DNA of 64,000 bases. Origin: Phoronis australis (taxonomy: Eukaryota > Animalia > Phoronida). Made by a program: the position numbers and the translations under genes. This document shows positions 54,400 to 64,000 of the stretch, in pieces (within the stretch, counting starts at the first letter, position 1; every line of letters starts with the position of its first letter). Where the stretch lies: contig NMRA01000482.1 of NCBI GenBank assembly GCA_002633005.1, positions 201,462 through 265,461 of the forward strand, written 5' to 3'. The notes under the pieces were generated by a model. The model ran no database searches. It saw only the letters and a list, made by a program, of their open reading frames with translations, and was not told the origin of the DNA.

Positions 54400-57300
54400 T
54401 ATGGGTTATTACACGGTTGTATCTACCATTCGAGGCTAATATTGTGGTACAAATTTACTTTACCACTACACCACTCAGCGGCTGACGTCATCGAACGTGA
54501 AAATAGAATACTTAAATGAGCACGCCCAACAATTGCATGTTCAGCAAAGGGCATTGCGCCGACATTCATACGCTATGAAAAATAAGACGCATAATTTCCA
54601 TAAAAATGATATTTTAATTCTGTTAATCTTTTCTCTCGTATTCTCTCACTTGTAAATCACCGATCTCCAGTTTGAATGCGGGTATCATGTCGCCGAGATC
54701 CTTTGACTTGAACATTATAGTCAGTTACTAGTGGCAACCTACTTTAGCAGACGATATTTTCCCCGTCGAAGCTTAGCGTGATAAAATGTGTAGTAAGCTA
54801 TAATAGTTGCTAAACCTTAATTTATAGATTCACTTTATTTCTATTCTGTTTAAATTTTCAATTGGTTTTGAGTATAAGCATTATTTGACAAAAATAGCTA
54901 GGCTTTTCTTAAAAGCTTGTTTAAAGTGGGTCGAGGGGGTCGTGGGCCGAGGGGGTCGTGGGCCGAGGGGGTCGTCAGTGGCGTGCGGATCGAGGGGTTT
55001 TTAGAACAATCCGGATTTAACAAGGAAAACTGGAACAGTTCTCGGCTTAATACTGGGCAACCTACAACAAAACGATATACCTCACACGCTTGTGGAGAAA
55101 TGAAATGAAAATTTAAATTAAAAAAATTCATTTGATACGTTAATTCATCTTAGCTCAGCTATTATTATCTTTCCTTGTGAAGATGGCTGCCATACTTGGT
55201 TTTAGTTTTGCTGCAGAAAATGCACTCGTGGGAAAACGAGCACGTTGGTGCACGATATTGATAGTTTATGCGGCGAATGGTGCACCTGGGAGCTTCGTGC
55301 CTCTGGGCCTTCAATGTTCCCCAAGCGGTGAAATTCGGTAGTGAAGTGTTAATAGCTTTGTCTGTGATAACACATTTCTTGTGCAAATCCGCCATCTTTA
55401 AATTTTGCTCAGTGATGCATTATGGGTAATGGGGTTACCTCTTATCACAGATGCACAGTAAACACTGCGTTACCACTGTTAGAGCATCAAGACATTGATC
55501 GAAAACCCCTAATAATTTCAATTTTTTTGAAAAATGTAGCGTAACACAATTCATTTGACATATACGTAAGTAGTTCTTAACACATTTTAACATATTTTAA
55601 AAGAAATTGAGCACACCAATTCAGGTGGTCTCTCAGACTCGGCACACAGCATTCAACAACTGCTTTCAACAACGGCCATAAACTGTAGGATGCTCGACAG
55701 CGATGAATGAGGAGCACAACGTTTAAAAAAATCCTTTACAATCTTTAACCGTGTTTCACATCACTCAAAAACTAAGGTATCCAGTCTCTCTAACAAGTTG
55801 TAGGAAATTAAGAAGTTCGTTTCTACATTTGTGCATGGTACTGTTCGCGAGCGTCACTTGCTGTTGATCGCGGATTGAGTTCATGGACGTCCTGTCTGAG
55901 ACTTAACGGTGAACAGAAGGAATCTGATCACACACGGACTGCATACAATGAGGAGGATCATATGGCTGTTGGAGACGTTTGTCCCGAATTTTGGCATGAA
56001 GCTGTTGCAATTTTTGGCTTGCTGTTCCTTTGACATTGCTTAAGATAGCAAAGTCGCCATGTTCATTTATAGAGTCTTGTTTTTTATATAGATGATTTTT
56101 GCATTTTCTTGGATAGCTGCCTTAATTTCGAATGCAGTCCAAATTTCCCTGTCCCCAGCATTAGATTCGCACTGAGTTACATGTCAACAGCCCATTGGTA
56201 TATTTTGATGTTAGTTTGTATTCAAGGTGTGTCTTACTTCTAAAGCTTTGGACTGCAATGTCACAGTTTGTTTTCATGGATGGGTCAACATCAGTCCTGA
56301 ATTTGGATACAAATAGAAGATTTTCATGCCTCACACAGTACTTCTGCTCCATGTGTTGAGTGTTTTATACCTGTACCATGTATAAAATAGCTTGCATCGC
56401 TTACTTGTAGCTCTAATGTAATGTTTGACCCACCAAAAATTTATTTCCAGACACTTAGTTCTTTCAGTTATATTAAATAGTTGGCGACATATTGCGAAGT
56501 AACGCAAAATCGGTAATGGCGGCACTAATTTGCATCAAAAACATACGCGGGACATTTTTTCGGCTTGTTAACATTGTTTTTCCGTTTCCACTCATATTTT
56601 CCGTCATAAAAATTCAACTTAGAAGTTGAAGTCCGGGGTGCACGGGAGGCCATTTTTCGACTATACTACTGTAGCTTATTTACCAACACACGTCGTCTTA
56701 CGTCTCATCAACAATCCTTTTTAAATAATGATGAGGACTTACCCACTCTAACTCATTTTTAACCTAAGCAAATGATCTAGAAATTAGAACCAGCTAATTT
56801 CCATTACAATTTCCCCATCAAATGCTGCTTGTTTATACTTTTTAACACTCAAGGAATCGTCTACATCAAGGAAGGTTTAACTTCATCAAAAAGTTGTTTC
56901 ACCGGAGTTTAGTCATGGAATGCATTTTGCCGGGAACCCATTCCACTGGTAGTATTTACACAGCAGTTAAGTACTAGTCCACGAGAGCACCAGCCATGAG
57001 CGGCAAGGTGGGGGTCAGCCGATTTTCACCAAATTTGGCATATAGGTAGTCCTATGGGATCTATAAACAGCGGTAAAATATTTCCTCAAAATATTGCGTT
57101 TTTCTAAAGTTAAAGGCTCAAACGCATTTTACGGCTTCGCAGCCATGTTTTCACGGTATAAAAACTGTCCAGTTTTAACTGTTCATATTTTTCCTTAAAT
57201 GAAAGCTATTGATTTATTATTCACTGGGCATTGTTTAGTGGTGCCTGTAGATTGTTACACAGATGTCTTGAAACACGATTCCGATTTACCACCCTCATTT

Positions 57301-57750
57301 AGTAGTTTTACTACACTCCCCCCCGTTATGCCATTTTGAGGTTGTGTTCAGTACACTGCTGTACCAAATCTGCCCCCACTGTTATGAGAATGAAACTTAG
57401 CCAAAATGTTGACAAAACATGTTACTTTCATTTCATAAAATAAAAACTTTGTCAGCCAGTTTATTAGTTATATATTTTGGCACCTCAAATGTACTAAAAT
57501 GAGAAATTTTCATATATCTGAGATCGATGCGTGAGCACCGTAAAATCCGATTGTCCTTTATGTTTTTCCGTNCTTGTTGGCTGTACAGTGGTCGGTGGAT
57601 CCGTGGACTGATACTTAATCATGACATTATTTTTTATTTATTTAAATATTTTGCCACTCTTTTTATCGTGGTTCAGAAACCATTCAATTGCAGCATTGTT
57701 GTTCTTGTTGTTGAAATTATACATGGCTACTTCAAAACTCTTACATTGTT
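54400..57750 (-). mobile_element. Unit-specific insertion(s), probably decayed DNA transposon sequence
   Basis: Not homologous to the other units. Fragmentary coding-like pieces on the minus strand (55165-55395, 56100-56525). No intact catalytic motif recognised. Confidence 0.35.
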
Positions 57751-58589
57751 TCTATTGCATTGTGGTACGTAGACCTAAACATATCTACAAGCGAAACTTT
57801 GCTTACATACTAGGATTTAAAAGTGAAACTTAGGTGCTCCCCGAAACTTCGATGTAGTGGGAAAGGTCAGAGTGAAATTTCGACGAAGTTATCGATAGAG
57901 GCCGTGGCAACGATACAGGGTCATCCAAGACTCAACGAGAAGTCCCGCAAAACTTGCGCTTTGTTATTGTAGCGTCACAGATGTGTTCTCAATAGACGCA
58001 CGTAAATATATGATGGCAGTGATCATTTTTATAAACACTGGTAAATCGTTGGATAGCGATTTTCAGTTACCCTGAAAGTACGACTGAACTGCATCAGCTG
58101 TTGTTGATTCCGATTACTGAATCATCATTTAACGATAACTCCAATATGACTGTCTTTGGGTAAGGTAAGTGAAGTTTCTGTAAATTTCGGAAAACCGAAT
58201 TTACCCTATTGAGAAAGCAAGTTGAAGCCTACTTCTAAAACGGTTTTCGTTACCCTTTGATTTAGTAAAAAGCGGCACAAGTACCATTGATTGTAAGCTA
58301 ACCAGCATAATTTTGCCTCGTTTGTAATAGTTTTATGGCCTAAAAACTGATCAATCAATGACTATGCAAATGCTCTTAAAATCACAAAGCCGCGACAGCG
58401 AGGACATTAAACACTATGACAGTGAACGAAAACTACAAAGAGTGGAAAATAACTGAAAATGACGGCAATAAAAAAAGTTCAAAACCTCAATAAGTTGTTA
58501 AATAACTTTTTACCATAGATGTAGATATTGAATGATTGCCTGGTTATATTCAAATACGCAGTCTCAAATAAATCAAGCCAATAAAATCA

Positions 58590-58667
58590 TATAAATACTT
58601 CCTAATTCTACGTAGATGTATCAGTCGAAATAAAAATTTGACTACAAAGTTTCTCCTTATTGATTCG
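58590..58667 (+). promoter_or_regulatory. Putative core promoter and non-coding first exon, copy 5
   Basis: TATAAA 58590, TCAGTC 58621, donor GTAAGT 58668. Two small deletions inside the exon spare both motifs. Confidence 0.6.
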
Positions 58668-58930
58668 GTAAGTCAATCAACTGTTTTAAGTACCGGTACA
58701 TTTCAAGAATAACCTAACATCACAAATCTTCAGGGGCAGGATAAATTGCGGGCACATCCACCGCGCGATACTTGAAATATGCCAATTTATTTTTTTATTT
58801 CCATGTTTGAATGAATTGCTTAAGACTTTCTATCACTGTTCTGAAATACGCGCAGTACTCTAGACTGCAATGAGCTCAACATTATTACAGGCCTATTTAT
58901 TGAAACTTCTATTCTACGTACATTACAGAT

Positions 58931-61900
58931 ATGAAGGCGACAGTTTGCTTCTTCGTCGTAGTCCTCTTGCTGTTTTGCCATACGGTGAGCACTGAAAACT
59001 CCGAGAATGGTAAGTCATACATGTGTGAAATGAAAAACATCGGACATAAAAACGAAGTACGTATTATTTTCAACAGAACTTTCAATTAATGTTCGATTGA
59101 AAATGAGCTCCCGAAGCAGCGGTACTGTACTTTGTGTCATATTGTATTCATATGGAAGAGTAAGGGAACACTTCGAAAAATAAAGCCTTCTGTGTATTTG
59201 GGGCTTTAGATTCTCAAAAATGAAGTGCAGTGTCACTCAACTATCGCTGTAATTTTATATACCGGCAGATATTAATGAATTTTAAAAAGCTCCATTTTGC
59301 AAATGTGACAGCGTTTCCTGGGATTAGTATTTGTGAAAAACAGTTTACTTTATTCTTTGTTTCACCTAAACGAAAAGAAAGTAGTGTTGCATATCCATTA
59401 AAGCGGCCTTAAACTCGTGATGTCTTCCAAAATTAAACAAAAAATTATTCAAGCCCCTTGTCGATTAAAAGTTCCTCTTTGTCTTTTGCCATACTCAGTT
59501 TGGAAGCAGTGATCTCTGGAATAGAGAAGGATTGACAATTCTTTAGTTTCTCAGACCACTTTCATGAAACTTCGGATCGTGTTGTGACCATAAATTTTAT
59601 GAGGTTGGTCAGAAAAAACGAAAGTGCTGTTTTTTTCAAGATTAGAAATCAGGTGTATTTTGATTAAAGAACAATTTTATAGCGGTAAGTGGTTTAAATC
59701 AAATCTTGTTTAAGACAAAAAGCACGGGTTTAATACCTTTTTTCAAGGGGTTTGCCATAATTTGTCAAAAAGTCGAAAAGAAGTTGTTGCTTTGGGTTAA
59801 CTGAATAATTGTAAAACCTTTTTATAGTTCACGGAGCAGGTTACCAAAGAGATTTAAGACGCTTTTGGCATTTTAAACTTGTCCATGAATTTTTTTCTTT
59901 TTCAAATTCTATAATGTGGATTTGTCAGCTGTAAAATTTTAAAAATGTGGGTCTCACCGAATTAGTTTTTCCGTTACAAACGCCTAAATAGAGGCGCCTC
60001 TGGTACAAAAAATGAAAATTTATATAAGTTACCTAGACGCCCCTGGAACTAAATTACTGATTGATATTCTCAGTTATTGAGTTTTATATGTCGGTGTAAG
60101 CGAAATTTTTTTTCTTGAGTTTTGTTTACATCGTATTTTAGATTTTTCAATTAACACAAACATTTGTACTCTTAAAATACATCCCGTCTCCACTCTGGAG
60201 CTCCACTGAGAATACATGTAAGAGATAATCCGCAAACCAACTTTTCTGATGAAAACGAGTATTCGAACCTTTTAATTCAATTATAAAGCAAGGGGTAGTG
60301 TAGCGTACAGTCACACGCACATTAGATGTCTCTCTTGCTGTTGTTGTTGACCCAGCGGTTTACACGCGTATAATAATAATACCGTAACATTGGCTCATAA
60401 AACTTTATTTATGATATGATGCGATAAGATACGATACGATACGATTTCCAATACGATAAGATACGATACTATCTACTATCTTACGATACGATTTCCAATA
60501 CGATAAGATACGATACGATCTACTATCTTACGATACGATTTCCAATACGATAAGATACGGTTAAACCTGAAACAATTAATAAAGATAATACAATATCTAA
60601 TACAAGTTGAAGTACCAAATACATCATACTAAAATACAGAAAATTGCATATCTAATAATATTATATCAACTCACAGTTTGGCAAACAATAGTTAGCAGAA
60701 ACTTGTAGTTACTACAATTTCTATTACAACACTTTCTATGAGTTAATCAAACAATCAAAGAACTGAGAATAGTTGTTTCTAAAGTCAAAGTTTATAGTAA
60801 AAGTTAACATCAAGAAACAAAGTTGTCTCTTACCAACGCTGGGTATCTGTGATATTTTTGAAGCAAGCAGCAGCCTCTCTCCAAGCAATATGAATTCTAG
60901 AGTAGCTAACAGAATATTTATAATGAACACAAGAGAGGTGGGCGAGATAATTCAAAACATGAAAACCCACAAACTCCCTCTAAATGCTACATCTAGTTCC
61001 AAAACAATTCTCTGAACAAGGTCGCTGGTTCCAAACCAATTCTGTGAATCAATCTGCTGGACTCCAGCAATGAACCTAAGTCATTACCAATTATGGTGCA
61101 GGACAATCAAGAGTTGAGTAATTCCGATGGACAAATAACAGATTATTGTTGTTGTCGGAAATGCCTCATCCCAAAGCTGACAGGTTTTCAAAGACTTTAA
61201 GTTACACAACTTGCAAAACAAGGCACAATTGTTATTATAAACATCCCACAACTGGTAACAGACATGTGGTGAATCACTTCCCATGAACTCCTAGGAGGTT
61301 ACAAATTTTGGTAAACAACCAGTATGTTTGATTAATTATACACTAGTCACTAAAATTGCATAACATTTCTTTTAATTAGACTAATTATCTACAGCATCAA
61401 AAAATGTCACTAACAGGTAGTGATTGTCTTACCAACCTAGGTTGCAGTAATATCATTTTCTTCCATGCCGTACTTTAGTAATTTTACGAATCCTTCATTT
61501 CTCGAACTCCTCCGGTACAATTATGGGTTCTGAAGGCTGGAAACGTTCGAGACTATTTTTGGTCACATTACGTAGGTTAATTTAAGAAAGTGACAAAATT
61601 ATCCGAGAAAATAATAGAAAGCATGCAATGATGGATGGAACGGGGCGAATGGTTATTGTTTTGTTTAGTTATGTGAACAACAATTGAATAAATGAAGAGT
61701 AATTTAACAAAAATCAACATTCAGTAGTTGTTTATAGTTTCTTTTTCCTTGGTGTCCTGACAACTGGCTCTTTTTGCCACTGGCTAACGGATACCACAAG
61801 TTGGAATTTTCAAAAATCGCCTAGCATAGCAGAGATTCCATTCTCGCCGCTTCGTAACACAATGAGCAGTCGTGATGTGATGCCGTATTTCAAATGCGTT

Positions 61901-62291
61901 ACAAAATCTTATTTCAGCAATTGAAGGAATTCGTCAGAAAAGATTCGCTGCCATAGCGTCTTGTACAAGTGGGGGTGAATGCAACGCGAAGTGCAAAGCA
62001 CGGTCGTACAGCGGTGGTACCTGCAGTCGCGGGAGGTGTTACTGTTCCTAGTAAGTTAAAAACAAGTATGTCGTGTCGCTTTTCCATTCCATATAGCACC
62101 TATATTAACACATTGATCTATTCAATGGATAGACCATATCAAATAACCAAGTTTATAGCTATAGATTTCAGAGTAGTGAACGACCTGTTGGTACTCGGTC
62201 ATACAAGTACATATTGACGGTCCAAATTAATACGCACTTATAATCCAATTGATAATTGTAATCTACAAATAAGTTCATTTTGAATTCCAGG
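58931..62291 (+). CDS. CS-alpha-beta defensin-like secreted peptide precursor, copy 5 (70 aa; coding exons 58931-59009, 61918-62050, 62291)
   Basis: MKATVCFFVVVLLLFCHTVSTENSEN|AIEGIRQKR/FAAIASCTSGGECNAKCKARSYSGGTCSRGRCYCS*. In-frame 9-bp deletion in the signal peptide. AATAAA at 62361-62366. Confidence 0.9.
60297..61425. mobile_element. About 1.1 kb insertion in intron 2 of copy 5, with (GATAC)n-derived tandem repeat at 60415-60560
   Basis: Interrupts sequence that is contiguous in copies 2 and 3 (...GTAG|...TCTTA(T/C)CAA). Contains repeated TACGATTTCCAATACGATAAGATACG units. Family not identified. Confidence 0.55.
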
Positions 62292-64000
62292 TAAAATAAA
62301 AGTGGAGGCATCGGTACAGAAACATTTCTTCTGCTTGTACAAGAAAGTGATTTGGGGATAAATAAACGTTTCTGCTCTGAACTTGTGGTTTTGTTGATGA
62401 GAATGCTAAACACTGTGATCAAACAGGCCCAGAAGCAGAGAGTTATGCCGTGAACTGTACGAAGCATTTTTGTGATTACGCCACAGGGGACACTTAGATT
62501 GTTCGAGTTTTACATGTACTAACTTACATACGTACACACATACACTGTTCGTACATGCTCATGGGCAGCGCACTATTGGGGGCTGGGGGGCTATAGCCGG
62601 CCCCATTTTTTTCAGTGCTGCGCCGCCCACGGTCTATGGTACGAGCCCCTGTCATTTTGTGGAGTAGGCAAAAAGCTCCGCCTCAGAGAAACAAAACTCC
62701 GAAAAAGGTAGAAATCGACATAAAAGTCCACTAAAGGCAGGAACTACCAAAATTCGGCGAATGCACAATACGTGGCTCTGAACATGTTCCGTGAATCTTA
62801 GTAAAATATCTATTTTCTCTAAAATTCTAACCCCCTCAAATTTTTACGCATGGAACCGTAAAGTGGCAGCGTTTTTGAGATTTCTTTTTGGCCATTTATT
62901 TCTTGCAAGCTTTGGTCATGACGATGACGGTTCGGTTTCGATATCAATGTACTTTACTTTTTAGCTAAATTTTATTCAAAATACATGATCACGTGACCCT
63001 ATTAATGTTAGTCTAATAAAAAGTTAAAAATCAAATTCTACAGATTATCTTCGCTCAGAAATTATGTACTTTTACAGACTTACACTATAATTAAGCTTCG
63101 TACCATTGTGACTAAATGCTCAACCTCGACGATGAGGTCCGACATGACAACAGAATCCCCCACGCCTAAACGACTGTGTGCTACTTCAAGTGCAATCCAG
63201 AAGAACACGCTCGTGACTGCCCAACGTGTTATTTTTGATGTACAATACGCTGAGGTGTGAAACTTCACATCGACGACAGCACACGATGGGAAGTTGTACA
63301 TATAAACACCCAGCATTCCTGGTAGAATCTAGAACATAATTTACGTAGGCGGCCAAAGTATAATGATCCACATTGAAAGGGTCTGACGTCGCGAGTTCGG
63401 GCCTATTAAGAAAATGGAATGTGTTAGATTTGTCAGCACGTTTTTGGACTAAATGGAAATTAATTTGCGATTGTTATGAATGATGAGTTGTTTTGAGTAA
63501 ATTAAGTCCAGAAGTATGGCTTCTGCTCTTGTCTATCCGAATATGGAAGTGTCGCCAGTTTCAAAACACCTCCTTGATCAGTGTCAAACTCTTGGCGCGA
63601 ATACAGGTACCCTTCAGAAAAGTGGATATTGTCAAAAATCTGTTTAGTAACGATATAGTTTAACTTCAGTTTCTGGGATCCGGAGTGAAAAGTTAATCGG
63701 GATCTGCTATCATATCTCGCTGTACCGGAGTAACCGTTAACCTGTGATTTTGGGTAAAAAGCGAAGACAAAATCGTAATTTTTAGGCATTTTGGCGTCTC
63801 ATTTTTTCCGGTAGACCTAGCAGGGTAAGGTGACATGGCATTGTTGAATTACTTCATGTTTGAGGAAGCCCATCGAATCTATTTAATTTCTGTCAGTTAT
63901 GCAACGCGTTTTGGTCGTGATATACCGACCCGAAAACCTCTCCTCATTTTGGGTCGGTAGAAATTCCTGAGCAAACCACAAACCTTTGTTTGGCCGGTAT

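Larger units (their letters stand above)
1..64000 (+). repeat. Tandem segmental duplication array (five gene-bearing units, probably extending beyond both window ends)
   Basis: Upstream blocks recur at about 500-1700, 18100-18760, 29600-31700, 42600-43800 and 57800-58930. Downstream blocks recur at about 9580-12280, 21000-22740, 34300-37000 plus 41000-42300, 50330-53450 and 62860-63900. Bases 1-140 match about 12080-12220. Confidence 0.9.

Noticed and set aside
54400-54482. tRNA-like A-box on the minus strand (TGGTGTAGTGG); weak B-box-like string near 17365
   Set aside because: No cloverleaf or paired A/B boxes could be built. At best these are SINE relics.
60415-60560. Regularly spaced repeats resembling a CRISPR array
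   Set aside because: Simple GATAC-derived tandem repeat with no unique spacers, no cas genes and a eukaryotic context.
1-64000. Possibility that the five units are assembly artefacts (collapsed or duplicated haplotypes)
   Set aside because: Units differ by many substitutions, unit-specific insertions and very different mature peptides, more than expected for redundant assembly of one locus.

Overview
Metazoan (invertebrate-like, AT-rich) genomic DNA. The window is a tandem array of five large duplicated units (genes spaced about 10-17 kb apart). Each unit carries one copy of a small four-exon gene on the + strand that the ORF track misses because its coding exons are <60 codons. Splicing by hand gives 70-77 aa precursors: signal peptide, short propiece ending in a furin-type R-X-(K/R)-R motif, then a 35-39 aa mature peptide with six invariant cysteines, C-x5-C-x3-C-x9-C-x4-C-x1-C. 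This is a cysteine-stabilised alpha/beta (CS-alpha-beta) defensin / scorpion short-toxin-like scaffold. Mature peptides are hypervariable, while signal exons, splice sites, TATA/Inr and polyA signals are conserved. A decayed Toll-like receptor (TIR domain) lies between copies 3 and 4. Spacers are filled with decayed mobile DNA: a CR1/L2-like LINE, a Tx1/L1-like LINE, two tyrosine-recombinase retroelements (one Ngaro-type with SGNH hydrolase, inserted in a 5'UTR intron of copy 4), a Penelope remnant with a hammerhead-like motif, DNA-transposon remnants and MITEs. The species cannot be determined from the sequence. All peptide function claims are inference from the cysteine pattern.
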